Origin: Pyrinomonadaceae bacterium | GTDB taxonomy: Bacteria > Acidobacteriota > Blastocatellia > Pyrinomonadales > Pyrinomonadaceae | Direction of reading: 5' to 3' | Assembly: GCA_046313635.1 (NCBI GenBank) | Contig: JBKBYA010000002.1 | Span: forward strand, 1-64,000 | Length of the DNA: 64,000 nt | Part shown: positions 9,181 to 22,798 of the stretch, piece after piece | Position numbering within the stretch: the stretch's first letter is position 1 | Layout of the letters: each line of letters opens with the position of its first letter | Program-made: the position numbers and the translations under genes | Notes under the pieces: generated by a model | What the model saw: only the letters and a program-made list of their open reading frames with translations | The model's database searches: none | Told to the model about the DNA's origin: nothing

Positions 9181-11295
9181 TCAGTCTTCGTCCTCGTGGG
9201 CGCGGACCCGGCCGGCTTTTACGGCTTCGTCGATGACCTTTTGGGCGAGGTTGGGCGGGAGCGGGTCGTAGTGCGAGAACTGCATATGGTACGAGCCGCG
9301 GGCCTGTGTCATCGAGTTCAGCTTTGACTGGTACTCGAGCATTTCAGAGAGCGGAACCTTGGCCTTGACGACCTGCTGCTTGCCGCGCATCTCCATGCCC
9401 GAGACGCGGCCGCGGCGCGAATTGAGGTCGCCCATAATGTCGCCCGAATACTCGGGCGGCGTAAACACCTCGACATCCATTATCGGCTCGAGCAGAGTCG
9501 GCCGGGCCTTTTCCATCGCGGCGCGAAACGCCTTGCGGCCCGCGGCCTTGAAGGAGTGCTCGTCAGAGTCGACCGTATGATAGCTGCCGTCGATGAGCGT
9601 CACGCGAAAGTCGACCAGCGGATAACCCGCGACGGCGCCGCCGGCCGCGGCCTCGAGAATTCCTTTTTCGACCGCCGGGCGGAAGTTCTGCGGTATCGCG
9701 CCGCCGAAAATCTTATCGACCCATTCAAATCCGGCCCCGCGCTCGAGCGGCTCAAAGATGACCTTGCAGTCGCCAAACTGCCCGCGGCCGCCCGACTGCT
9801 TCTTGTGCCGGCCCTGCACCTCGACCTGCTGCGTGATCGTCTCTTTGTACGGCACCTTTGGCGGGTGAAGCGCGACCTCGACGTGATAGCGGTTTTTGAG
9901 CTTGTCGACGACCGTTTCGATGTGAAGCTGGCCCGTGCCCGAGAGAATGAACTCTTTGGTCTGCGCGTCGCGGTCAAAGTGCAGGCTCGGATCTTCTTCG
10001 AGTATCTTGTGCAGCGCGACCGAGATCTTTTCTTCGTCGGCGCGCGATTTGGGCTCGATGGCAAAGGCGATCGCGGCCTCGGGATACTCGACCTTCGGGT
10101 AGACGATGGCGTTCGACTTGTCGCAGAGCGTGTCGCCGGTCTGCGTGTCCTTGAGCTTGACGACGGCGATGATGTCGCCCGTCTGTGCAAAGTCGACCTT
10201 GTCGAGCGTCTTGCCGTTGATGACGTGCAGCGCGCCCAAACGCTCCTGCGTGTCGCGGGTCGAGTTGTAGACGGTCGCGTCGGCGTTGACCTTGCCCGAG
10301 ACGATCTTCATCACGTTGATGCGGCCCGCGAACGGGTCGGCGATCGTGCGAAAGACGTAGGCCGAGAAGGGCTCGTCATTCGAATAACGCCGCGAGACGC
10401 GGTCTCCGGCGCCTTCGGGATTGGTAAAGCCGTACTCGGCCTCGTGCGTCGCGGGATTGGGCGCAAACTCGACGATGTGATCGAGCAGTATCTGCAGGCC
10501 GACGAGGTTTGACGACGAGACGGCGTACACCGGACAGAGCTTGCTGTTAGCGATGGCCTTGGCGAGGTTTGGATAAATGTCCTCCTCGGGCAGCGTGCCG
10601 TCGGCAAAGTACTTTTCCATCAGGGCGTCATCCGACTCGGCGACGATCTCGATCAGGCGCTCGCGCGTGCGTTCAAAAATGTCGCGGCCCTGCTCGGGCA
10701 TCGGGATCTCTTTGGCACGGCCCCGGTCGTCAAATTCGTACGCCTTTTGATGGACGACGTCCACCACGCCGCGAAAATCCGCCTCGGTGCCGATCGGCAG
10801 CGTAAAGGGAACGATCGAACGCGCAAAGGCCGACGTCGCGGTCTCGATCGCGTGGCCAAAGTCGGAGTGTTCCTTGTCGAGCTTGTTGATGACCATGAAA
10901 CGCGGCAGCAGGAATTCGTTCGCGTACTGCCAGGTCTTTTCGGTCTGCACCTCGATGCCGCGGACGCCGTCGACGACGACGAGGGCGCAGTCGGCGACGC
11001 GCAGGGCCGGCCTCGCGTGTGCGACGAATGCCGCGTAGCCGGGCGTGTCTATCAGGTTGATCTTGGTGTCTTTGTATTCGAGGTGAGCGAAATTGTTGTT
11101 GAGGGAAATTTTGCGGGCGATCGAATCGTCGTCGTAGTCGGTAACGGTGGTACCTTCATCGACCTTTCCCCAGCGTGTCGTTGCTCCGGCGGTGTACATC
11201 AGCGACGCGATGAGCTGGGTTTTACCCGCGTCGCCGTGTCCAATGACAGCCAGATTCCTGATGTTCTCAGTCGTAAAAGCTTTCATGGTCGGCAA
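9181..11295 (-). CDS. fusA: Elongation factor G paralog (EF-G II/EF-G2 type)
   Basis: GHGDAGKT, DTPG, NKLD, KKQSGGRGQFG, LLEPIM. Switch I is RKISL rather than RGITI, and the gene is not in an rpsL-rpsG operon. Confidence 0.9.
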   Translation of the reverse strand: MPTMKAFTTENIRNLAVIGHGDAGKTQLIASLMYTAGATTRWGKVDEGTTVTDYDDDSIARKISLNNNFAHLEYKDTKINLIDTPGYAAFVAHARPALRVADCALVVVDGVRGIEVQTEKTWQYANEFLLPRFMVINKLDKEHSDFGHAIETATSAFARSIVPFTLPIGTEADFRGVVDVVHQKAYEFDDRGRAKEIPMPEQGRDIFERTRERLIEIVAESDDALMEKYFADGTLPEEDIYPNLAKAIANSKLCPVYAVSSSNLVGLQILLDHIVEFAPNPATHEAEYGFTNPEGAGDRVSRRYSNDEPFSAYVFRTIADPFAGRINVMKIVSGKVNADATVYNSTRDTQERLGALHVINGKTLDKVDFAQTGDIIAVVKLKDTQTGDTLCDKSNAIVYPKVEYPEAAIAFAIEPKSRADEEKISVALHKILEEDPSLHFDRDAQTKEFILSGTGQLHIETVVDKLKNRYHVEVALHPPKVPYKETITQQVEVQGRHKKQSGGRGQFGDCKVIFEPLERGAGFEWVDKIFGGAIPQNFRPAVEKGILEAAAGGAVAGYPLVDFRVTLIDGSYHTVDSDEHSFKAAGRKAFRAAMEKARPTLLEPIMDVEVFTPPEYSGDIMGDLNSRRGRVSGMEMRGKQQVVKAKVPLSEMLEYQSKLNSMTQARGSYHMQFSHYDPLPPNLAQKVIDEAVKAGRVRAHEDED

Positions 11296-11509
11296 AATCT
11301 CCTAAGTAGGTTGGATTCCAAAAATCCGGTTCCCAGATCCCGGGGCCCGCGGGGCTTTTTCAAGGTGGGACCCGGAATTCCTGAAATGGTTTGTTGGTAA
11401 AAGGTAATGTAAACCTAAAGGAAGGCGATATCAAGACCGTCCGGCGCACCGCGTTTACTCTCGAAAGATTAGTGGTAAACTTGGCGTCGCGAGCCTTATT
11501 TTCGAGTTT

Positions 11510-12295
11510 ATGAAGCATTTCGAAGAGTCGCTCAACGCGCTCGACCTCACGCTTTTCGACAAGATACCGAGCCAGTCCACCGACGAGGACAAGCGCTCGC
11601 TGCTGGCATGCCAGGCCGCGACGCGCCGGCTCGTGCCGGAGTATCGCTACCTCGAGATCGGCTCGTATCTCGGCGGCAGCATTCAGCCCTACGTGCTCGA
11701 CGACAAATGCGTCCGCGTTTACTCGATCGACAAACGCCCGCGTCTGCAGCCGGACGAGCGCGGCTACAACTGGACCTACGAAAACAATTCGACCGAGCGG
11801 ATGATGCACAATCTGCGCGCGATCGACGCCGAGCGCGCCGGTAAGGTCGCCGCGATCGACGGCGACACACGATCGCTCGACCCGGCGGCGATCGAGAGCA
11901 AGGTCGATCTGTGCTTCATCGACGGCGAACACACCGACGGAGCGGTGTTTGCCGATTTCAGCTTTTGCCTGAGGGCGCTCGGCGGCCGCGGGGCGATCAT
12001 GTTCCACGACTCGCAGATCACGTACAACGGCATCGCGGCGTGCGTCGAACATCTGCGGAGTTCGGGCGTCGACTTTCGGGCGTACATTCTGCCAAACATC
12101 GTCTTTGTCATCGAGATCGGCGACTTTCCGCTGCATCGCGACGCAGTGGTCGGCGAGAGACTGGTCAACAATCACGAGGCATATCTTTTTTCGCTGCAAG
12201 ACAACGATCACTACCGGCGGTTTGCAAACCGTCTGCCGTTTCGCGTCACGCGCAATCTGCTGATGAGACTGCGAGGCGCCAACGTGAGCCGTTAG
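11510..12295 (+). CDS. Class I SAM-dependent methyltransferase (Methyltransf_24-like)
   Basis: YLEIGSYLGGS, DLCFIDGEH, IMFHD. Confidence 0.8.
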   Translation: MKHFEESLNALDLTLFDKIPSQSTDEDKRSLLACQAATRRLVPEYRYLEIGSYLGGSIQPYVLDDKCVRVYSIDKRPRLQPDERGYNWTYENNSTERMMHNLRAIDAERAGKVAAIDGDTRSLDPAAIESKVDLCFIDGEHTDGAVFADFSFCLRALGGRGAIMFHDSQITYNGIAACVEHLRSSGVDFRAYILPNIVFVIEIGDFPLHRDAVVGERLVNNHEAYLFSLQDNDHYRRFANRLPFRVTRNLLMRLRGANVSR

Positions 12296-12347
12296 CCGCG
12301 TCGCTGCGGCCGGATGCGGCAGCCGCGATATCTGCGAGGTTGAGAAT

Positions 12348-14210
12348 ATGAATTCACGGCGAATACATCATTTTTTGGTTTCGGCATTATTGGTGTTCAC
12401 GCTCCTGACCCTGCCGCTGCAGGCGACGGCGCAGGGCGTCGTCGAGGTTGCGGGCATCGGCGGCGATTCGAGCGTTTTCGTATTTCGAAAGACCTCGGCG
12501 ACGCCGGTCCGCACGATGGTGCGAACGCGCGCGGTCAGGACAAAGGAAGACCGTATCGAGACGGCACGCCGCGTGAGCAGGCAATACGTCGCGCTCGCCA
12601 AGGTCAAGCCGCGACGCTCGCGCGAAAAGCCCGTCGACCCCGAGAACCTGCCTTCGGCCATCCGCCTCAAACAGATGTCGAAAGAGGAAGCGTCGAAGCT
12701 CTTTGCCGGCGTCGGCGAGTATTACATCGACTCTAACGACAGCAACTTTGCGATACGCTTTTTTCGCGAGGCAGTCGCGCTCGATCCGGCCAACCCGGTC
12801 GCGCCAAAGGGCCTGAGCGAAGCTCTGTCTCTGAAGGGAAGCGAGCTGCTCGTAAAGGACCAGCAGGACGAGGCAAAGACCTACTTTGACGAAGCGCTCA
12901 AGTACAACCCGACCAACGCCGTCGCCTACTATGGTCTCGGCGAGATCTACGCAAACCGGGCCGCGGCCTCGCTCGCCGGCTCGCCGGACGACGATTCTCG
13001 GTCGATCGCTAATTACGAAAAGGCGCTGCAGTTTGACAAGGACCTGACCGAGATCTACACGCCGCTCGGCATCCTTTACTACCAGTCGGGGCAGATCGCG
13101 AAGGCCGACGAGATGCTGACCAAGGCCGTCGCGGCCGACCCCGATTCGGCGATCGCGCAGTATTTTTTGGGCCTTGTGAGATTTTCGCAAAATCGCAACA
13201 CGGATGCCTTGGCAGCGTTTCAGAGGGCGACGGCGCTGCAGGCGAATTACGCCGAGGCGTACTACTACACCGGCGAGACGCTCGACCGCCTCGGCCGCAC
13301 CGCGGAGGCCGTTCCGATGTTTGAAAAGGCGCTCGCCGCGAAACCGAAATACTTTGAAGCGCAGTTCTCGCTCGGCAACGCCTATTACGAGCTCAAACAG
13401 TGGCCGGCCGCCGTCGACGCCTACGAAAAGGCCGTCAGACTCAAGAATGACAGCATTCAGACATACATAAATCTCGGCGACGCATACCGCGAGCTCAAAG
13501 ACTACGAGAAGGCCGAATCGCGGTACAACCTCGCCGTCGCCTTCCTCGAGCGCGACAAGAACTTTGACAAGTACGACGCGGCCGACACGTACAGCAAGAT
13601 CGGCTACGTCATCGCGCAGCAGTGTCCGATCAACATTTCAAAGTTCATGCCGTGCCGCTGGGAGACCGCGACCCGCTCGCTCGAAAAGGCCGCCGCGCTG
13701 ACGGGCGACAACGTCGACTACGCAAATCTCGGCTGGGCCTACTACAACGCGGCCAAGCGCGACGCCGAGGAGAATCGTCCCGCGGCCGCACGCGAAAAGC
13801 TCGAAAAGGCAAAGCTCAATCTGCAGCGTGCGGTGGCGGCCGATTCAAAGTTTCTCAACGCGCCGCTCAGCACGCTCGGCATGGCGCTCAACGATCTGGG
13901 CGAGTATTCGACCGCCGCCGAGGTGCTCAAGCGCGTCGTCAAAGCCCAGCCGAACTGGTCCTGGGCGTACAACCAGCTCGGCATCGCGTACTACGGGATG
14001 AAGGATCACAAGAACGCGATCCAGACATTTCGGACCGCGACCGAGCGCGACCCGAATTTTGCGATGGGATGGTACTACCTCGCCCGCGCGCATTTTGACA
14101 GCGGCAATACCGGCGAGGCCAAAAAGGCCTACCAGCGCCTGCGAAAGCTCAACGCGAATATGCTCGCCGACCGTCTCGATCGCGAGACGAATGGAGCGAT
14201 GTCTCGATAG
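12348..14210 (+). CDS. Secreted tetratricopeptide-repeat protein
   Basis: Signal peptide followed by many TPR units (AYYGLGEIY, AQYFLGLV, AYNQLGIAY). Confidence 0.85.
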   Translation: MNSRRIHHFLVSALLVFTLLTLPLQATAQGVVEVAGIGGDSSVFVFRKTSATPVRTMVRTRAVRTKEDRIETARRVSRQYVALAKVKPRRSREKPVDPENLPSAIRLKQMSKEEASKLFAGVGEYYIDSNDSNFAIRFFREAVALDPANPVAPKGLSEALSLKGSELLVKDQQDEAKTYFDEALKYNPTNAVAYYGLGEIYANRAAASLAGSPDDDSRSIANYEKALQFDKDLTEIYTPLGILYYQSGQIAKADEMLTKAVAADPDSAIAQYFLGLVRFSQNRNTDALAAFQRATALQANYAEAYYYTGETLDRLGRTAEAVPMFEKALAAKPKYFEAQFSLGNAYYELKQWPAAVDAYEKAVRLKNDSIQTYINLGDAYRELKDYEKAESRYNLAVAFLERDKNFDKYDAADTYSKIGYVIAQQCPINISKFMPCRWETATRSLEKAAALTGDNVDYANLGWAYYNAAKRDAEENRPAAAREKLEKAKLNLQRAVAADSKFLNAPLSTLGMALNDLGEYSTAAEVLKRVVKAQPNWSWAYNQLGIAYYGMKDHKNAIQTFRTATERDPNFAMGWYYLARAHFDSGNTGEAKKAYQRLRKLNANMLADRLDRETNGAMSR

Positions 14211-14225
14211 ACAGGTCCCGACCGT

Positions 14226-15287
14226 TTGCCTGAGATCCTCGAAAACGTGCCGCTCGCGCCGCTGACCACGCTTGAGGTCGGCGGCCCGGCGCGCTTTTTT
14301 GCACGCGTCGCCGACGAGGCGGGACTCGTCGAGGCGCTCGAGTTTGCCGATCGGGCCGGACTTCCGGTTTTCATACTCGGCGGCGGCAGCAACGTGCTGG
14401 CGGCCGACCGCGGCTTTGACGGGCTCGTCATCCAGATGTGCCTGCGTGGGATTACTGTCTCCGGCGGTACGGTCACGGCGGCGGCGGGCGAAGATTGGGA
14501 CGGCCTGGTCGCCGACTGCGTCGCTCGCGGACTCGCCGGCGTCGAATGTCTGAGCGGCATTCCCGGCACGGTCGGCGGCACGCCGGTCCAGAATGTCGGA
14601 GCCTACGGTCAGGACGTCTCGGAGACGATCCGCACGGTGCGGTGCCTCGACCGCGAGTCGCGTTCGATCGTCGAGATGAGCAATGCGGATTGTGAATTCG
14701 CTTACCGGAGCTCGATCTTTAATTCGTCGCGTCGGGGCCGCTTTGTCGTGCTGGCGGTGACATTCGAGCTGTCGCCGGGCGGCGGCCCGAAGATCGTGTA
14801 TAAAGATCTCAAGGAGAGATTTGCCGCAGGCCGGCCCTCGCTCGCAGAGGTCCGCGAGGCTGTGATCGCGATCAGGCGTTCAAAGTCGATGGTGCTCGCG
14901 CCCGGCGACCCCAATCGTCGAAGCGCGGGATCATTTTTCAAGAATCCGGTCGTTGAGACGGAGCGATTCTGGGAGCTGGCCGAGAAGTTTGGCGAGATCC
15001 CGCATTTTTCGGCGCCGGAAGGCAAGGTAAAACTGCCGGCCGCCTGGCTGATCGAAAGGGCCGGATTCGGCAAAGGCTTTGTGGACGGTGACGTCGGGAT
15101 CTCGACCAATCATTCGCTTGCGATCGTAAACCTGCACGGCCGAGCGCGCGCCGAGGACATCGTTAGACTCGCTCGCAGGATACGCGACGGCGTCGCGGCG
15201 AAATTCGGTATCGAGCTCACGGCAGAGCCGGTACCGTTGGGTTTCGATCTCTCGGACAAGACCCTTCCATTCGGATCGCGTTCGTGA
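14226..15287 (+). CDS. murB: UDP-N-acetylenolpyruvoylglucosamine reductase
   Basis: LGGGSNVL, GIPGTVGGTPVQNVGAYG, FAYRSS, SAGSFFKNP. Confidence 0.95.
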   Translation: MPEILENVPLAPLTTLEVGGPARFFARVADEAGLVEALEFADRAGLPVFILGGGSNVLAADRGFDGLVIQMCLRGITVSGGTVTAAAGEDWDGLVADCVARGLAGVECLSGIPGTVGGTPVQNVGAYGQDVSETIRTVRCLDRESRSIVEMSNADCEFAYRSSIFNSSRRGRFVVLAVTFELSPGGGPKIVYKDLKERFAAGRPSLAEVREAVIAIRRSKSMVLAPGDPNRRSAGSFFKNPVVETERFWELAEKFGEIPHFSAPEGKVKLPAAWLIERAGFGKGFVDGDVGISTNHSLAIVNLHGRARAEDIVRLARRIRDGVAAKFGIELTAEPVPLGFDLSDKTLPFGSRS

Positions 15288-15442
15288 TCCGATGACGCTC
15301 TTCGGGCGGTCGGCCGAAATGCGGTCGGGGGCACTCGGGTTTTAGCGCGGCGAGATCCAATAGCGGCGGGACAGGTACATCGGAGGTATTCGATCCGCTG
15401 TCGCGGCGCGCGCACCATTGTCTGAACGCGGAAAATGAACTC

Positions 15443-15475
15443 AAAAAAAATAGGCACGGGAGAACCGTGCCTTTT
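15443..15475 (-). terminator. Intrinsic terminator with an 8-nt U-tract on the minus strand
   Basis: A8-T-AGGCACGG-gagaa-CCGTGCCT-TTT. Confidence 0.75.
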
Positions 15476-15720
15476 GTTCAATGCCGCCGTTCGCCTTTAC
15501 TAACGGCACTGACAAACAGTTTCGACGACAGCGAGAAAGTCGGACCAGGCGGCTGCGGTCGAGGACAGGAGGAATGTGTAAAAAGTGACCGGTGGTTCGT
15601 GATCGACTCGGCGAACCACCAGTCGTGAGAGAAACTTGCGAGGGGCGATATCGCCCCTCGCCGGACGGTGCCGCGAAAGGGGGCAAAGCGGGGGACGCAA
15701 GGGCACTCGTCCAATTTGTC
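15443..15720 (-). ncRNA. Candidate structured small RNA of unknown family
   Basis: Several consecutive hairpins, including a perfect 24-bp palindrome at 15638-15661, ending in a minus-strand terminator with no credible CDS upstream. Confidence 0.35.
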
Positions 15721-15886
15721 AATTCTCTAACACTGTTTCCCCTACTCAATAACGCGACAAAATTCGCGCATAACTATCACGCCGTCCAAAAAAAAGAGTT
15801 TTTCCGGGAAAGCTTTTGCGGGTCGAGAGAAGTGATAGAACTTAAGTCTTTCTTTTACTATAATTGGCCGTCGATATTTTCATGGC

Positions 15887-16495
15887 ATGGCTGATAGCAA
15901 AAAGATTACCGAGCTGCTGGTCGCCTGGCGCGACGGTGACGAGAATTCGCTCGAGCGACTCGTCCCGCTTGTCGAGCACGAACTCCGGCGGATGGCCTCT
16001 GCATACATGCGTCGAGAGTCCCCGGGGCACACGCTGCAGACCGATGCGCTGGTGAACGAAGCTTATCTTCGGCTGGTCGATCAACGGCGGGTCACCTGGA
16101 AGAATCGGGCCCATTTCTTTGCGCTCGCCGCGACCATTATGCGCCGCGTGCTGCTCGACCACGCCAGGCAAAATCTGAGAACAAAAAGAGGCGGCGGCGA
16201 GGCCGTGCATGTCGAACTGTCGTCGGTCACGATCGCCGAGGACCCGCCGAGCGACGACGTTATCGCGCTCGACGAGGCGCTTGTAAGGCTGTCGGAGTTT
16301 GATCCTTTTAAAAGCCGCGTCGTCGAGCTTCGCCACTTTGGCGGATTGTCGGTTGAAGAGACCGCCGAGGTGCTCGGGGTCTCGAGCATTACCGTCATTC
16401 GCAATTGGAATCTGGCCAAGGCATGGCTCAGACGAGAGTTGTCGACCGGCGGCACGCGTGCGGATGGCGAGCCCCAGGGCCTCGAGAGCGCCTGA
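15887..16495 (+). CDS. ECF sigma factor, kinase-associated type (ECF43-like)
   Basis: [62 protein letters not shown]; lies directly upstream of a Ser/Thr kinase. Confidence 0.9.
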   Translation: MADSKKITELLVAWRDGDENSLERLVPLVEHELRRMASAYMRRESPGHTLQTDALVNEAYLRLVDQRRVTWKNRAHFFALAATIMRRVLLDHARQNLRTKRGGGEAVHVELSSVTIAEDPPSDDVIALDEALVRLSEFDPFKSRVVELRHFGGLSVEETAEVLGVSSITVIRNWNLAKAWLRRELSTGGTRADGEPQGLESA

Positions 16496-16545
16496 TACCG
16501 GCTCGGGGCTTTTGTCGCGTTAGTTGTCGAGAATGATTCTGCAGT

Positions 16546-19353
16546 ATGGACCTCGAACGTTGGCGAAGGATCGAGGAGATCTTTCACGAGGCTTTACCTT
16601 TGAGCGGAGAAGCGCGTCTCCGGCTCCTCGACGAACTTTGCCGCGGAGACCAGCCCCTGCGAAGCGAGGTTGAGTCCCTGCTGGGCTCGGCGCCGGACGG
16701 CGACGGTTTTCTTGCCCGGCCCGTCCTGAGCGAGGGGCTCACGCTGCTGGCCGATCGGGCCGATGAGTCACTCGCCGAAGGGACCGTCGTCGGTCAACTC
16801 GTCGTCAGGAAGCTGATCGGCCGAGGAGGTGCAGGAGCAGTCTATCTTGCATGGGACCCGCAGCTCGAGCGTCAGGTAGCCCTCAAGATCCTCGAGACCA
16901 GATCGGTCGATACAGACTCGTCGGGCAACTCGCGCTTTGATCGCGAGGTAAGGGCCGCCTCGTCCATCTCGCATCCCAACGTCGCCCAGATCTACGATAC
17001 CGGCACATTCGACGGGCGGAATTACATCGCCATGGAATACGTCGAGGGCGAGTCGCTGCGCGACCGTCTGACGCACGGGCGGATCCCGCTTTCAGAAGCT
17101 GTCGACATTGCGTCGCAGATCGCACGGGCCCTCGCCGCGGCGCACGAGTCCGGTATCGTTCACCGCGACATCAAGCCGGAGAATCTGATCATCCGCCGGG
17201 ACGGTGTCGTAAAGGTCCTGGATTTTGGGCTCGCCAAGTTCAGCCTGCGATCGCCCGAGAGCAACGGCGGAGGACCTGCCGGCGGCATCAGCTACCGGAC
17301 CCCGCCGGGCCTTGTGCTTGGAACCATCGCATATATGTCGCCTGAACAGGTCCGCGGGGCCGAGACAGACGCGCGGACAGACATTTGGAGTCTCGGCGTG
17401 GTCCTCTGCGAGATGCTGACCGGCCGGCGACCATTCGACCGCGACACCGAGGCCGATACGCTTACGGCCATTCTGACCGGCGAACCGGCATTTGATCTCG
17501 GAGACATGATCGGGGAACAGCCGCTGCTTTTGAGCGTAAATAAGCGCTGCCTGTCAAAAGATCCGCGAGACAGATTTCAAAGTGCGGCCGACCTGGCTTT
17601 TGCGCTCGGGTCGCTGGCGGTGGCTGCACCGCGCTTCGGCGCGATCAGGGCAAATCTGGCAAGTACGATCGCTCGCGCCGGCATGAGGCCGGCGTTGCGT
17701 TTCTCGATCTTGCTGGCGGTGGTCGCGGCCGGCATCTTGGCGTCGCTGGCGATACTGATAGGCCTGCGCGGCGGCGGGAGCGCGGCGACACCCGTTTACC
17801 GGCAATTGACATTTGAGCGCGGCACGGTCTGGAACGCACGATTTGCCGGCACCGGCGACTCGGTCATCTACAGCGCGACATGGAACGGCGGGCAGCTCGA
17901 GATCTATCATCTCGGAGCTCCCGGCTCGGAGGGCAAAAAGCTCGGCCTGCCAAACTCCAATCTTCTCGCGGTCTCGGGCCGCGGCGAGGTTGCCGTCCTT
18001 GCCAACGAGCGTTATCTTTATCAATTTCTCAGCCGCGGCCGTCTCAATCGCGTACCGCTCGACGGGTCGGTGCTGCGAGAGGTCGCGCCGAATGTCATCG
18101 AGGCCGACTGGGCGCCTGACGGCACGCAGATGGCGGTCACACGTCTCATCGAGGGCCGCGTGCGTCTCGAGTATCCGGTCGGCAGCACCATCTTCGAGAC
18201 CGCCGGATACATTTCGGCCCCGCGGATATCTCCCGACGGGCGAAAGGTCGCGTTTCTCGAGCACGACCGGCAGTGGGACGATCGCGGCCGCGTCGCGGTG
18301 GTCGACGTCGAGGGCGAACGTCACGTTTTGACCGACAATTGGAATGGCCTCGAGGGCCTCGCATGGCGCGGCGACGAGGTGTGGTTCTCGGGCAGCCGGC
18401 TCGGCGAGGCGTACGCGCTGTACTCCGTTGACCCGTCAGGCCGGGTCAGGACAGTCGCGACGGCGCCGGTAAACCTGCTGCTTCACGATACCTCGTCGAG
18501 CGGCGACGTGCTGCTCAGCCGCGCCATCCAGGAGACCCAGATCTTCAGGGTTGCGGGCGGGGCGGAACGGGAACTCTCGTGGCTGCATCTGGTCGGGCCT
18601 GCGGATTACTCAGCCGACGGGACGACGATCTTGTTTACGCATTTTGGCGAGGGCGGCGGACCGAATTACTCGGTCTATGTACGCCCGACCGACGGCTCTC
18701 TGCCCGCCGTGCGCATCGGCGAAGGCCGTGCACTCGCGCTGTCTCCCGACCGCCGATTTGCCGTCGCCAGGACGTATGTGCCCGAGGGACTCGTCCTGCT
18801 GCCGACGACGGGCGGCGATCCGGTCCCGGTCGATCGAGGCATGATCGATCAGACGGAGGACGCTGCGTTCACAAGCGACGGGAGGGCGCTGATCGTCACC
18901 GGCTGCAAACGCGGCCGCCCGCCCCGCACATTCAAGATCGACATTTCGAGCGGTGAGGTATCGCCGATCACTCCGGAAGGCACTGTCGGAAAGCTCGTCT
19001 CACCCGACGGCAGGTGGCTCGTCGCGCGGGACGAGTCGGGCGCAGCCCGTCTCTTTTCGCTCGACGGTGCCGAGCCGCGGCCGATATACGGTCTGCAGGA
19101 CGGCGAGGACGTTCTGCGCTGGTTTGCCGACGGCCGATCGCTGATAACCGCCCGGCGCCTTGGGCTCCCGATACGCTTTTGGCGGCTCGATCCGGATACG
19201 GGCAGGCGCGACCTGCTCCGCGAGATACGCCCGGCCGACGCTGCCGGTATCTTCGGCAACATTTACCTCTTTGCGACGCCGGACGGCTCAAGCTTTGTTT
19301 ACGGCCTGCGGCGCTACATGTTTGACCTGTACCGGGTCGAGGGCCTCGACTAG
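16546..19353 (+). CDS. Hanks-type Ser/Thr protein kinase with a TM segment and C-terminal TolB/PD40-like beta-propeller
   Basis: [33 protein letters not shown], hydrophobic helix, repeated SPDG/APDG blades. Confidence 0.93.
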   Translation: MDLERWRRIEEIFHEALPLSGEARLRLLDELCRGDQPLRSEVESLLGSAPDGDGFLARPVLSEGLTLLADRADESLAEGTVVGQLVVRKLIGRGGAGAVYLAWDPQLERQVALKILETRSVDTDSSGNSRFDREVRAASSISHPNVAQIYDTGTFDGRNYIAMEYVEGESLRDRLTHGRIPLSEAVDIASQIARALAAAHESGIVHRDIKPENLIIRRDGVVKVLDFGLAKFSLRSPESNGGGPAGGISYRTPPGLVLGTIAYMSPEQVRGAETDARTDIWSLGVVLCEMLTGRRPFDRDTEADTLTAILTGEPAFDLGDMIGEQPLLLSVNKRCLSKDPRDRFQSAADLAFALGSLAVAAPRFGAIRANLASTIARAGMRPALRFSILLAVVAAGILASLAILIGLRGGGSAATPVYRQLTFERGTVWNARFAGTGDSVIYSATWNGGQLEIYHLGAPGSEGKKLGLPNSNLLAVSGRGEVAVLANERYLYQFLSRGRLNRVPLDGSVLREVAPNVIEADWAPDGTQMAVTRLIEGRVRLEYPVGSTIFETAGYISAPRISPDGRKVAFLEHDRQWDDRGRVAVVDVEGERHVLTDNWNGLEGLAWRGDEVWFSGSRLGEAYALYSVDPSGRVRTVATAPVNLLLHDTSSSGDVLLSRAIQETQIFRVAGGAERELSWLHLVGPADYSADGTTILFTHFGEGGGPNYSVYVRPTDGSLPAVRIGEGRALALSPDRRFAVARTYVPEGLVLLPTTGGDPVPVDRGMIDQTEDAAFTSDGRALIVTGCKRGRPPRTFKIDISSGEVSPITPEGTVGKLVSPDGRWLVARDESGAARLFSLDGAEPRPIYGLQDGEDVLRWFADGRSLITARRLGLPIRFWRLDPDTGRRDLLREIRPADAAGIFGNIYLFATPDGSSFVYGLRRYMFDLYRVEGLD

Positions 19354-19451
19354 GTTCACCTGCCCGACGAAGGCCTCATCGAGTGTCGCATTGGAATTCG
19401 CTCTCGGCGTGTCCTACACTAAATGCTTGCGATCAACTCACGCCAACGTAA

Positions 19452-22682
<3,231 letters not shown>

Positions 22683-22728
22683 CACCGGGACCCGCCGGTC
22701 CGGTAGTCGGTCGCCGAGAAGACATTTC

Positions 22729-22757
22729 TTGACCGGCGCGCACCTTTACACTACCTT
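22729..22757 (+). promoter_or_regulatory. sigma70-type promoter for cphB-cphA
   Basis: TTGACC-17 nt-TACCTT. Confidence 0.5.
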
Positions 22758-22798
22758 TAATTAGTTTTTTAAATCGTCGGGACAATTCACTTTTTCGA

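Noticed and set aside
15535..15580. Resemblance to the RNase P RNA 5' end (AGTCGGACCAGGCGGCTGC...GGAGGAA)
   Set aside because: The conserved GAGGAAAGUCC and the 3' conserved block are absent.
15675..15705. GGCAAA...GGGACGCAA resembling a c-di-GMP-I riboswitch
   Set aside because: No GNRA-capped stem between the motifs and no downstream P3 match.
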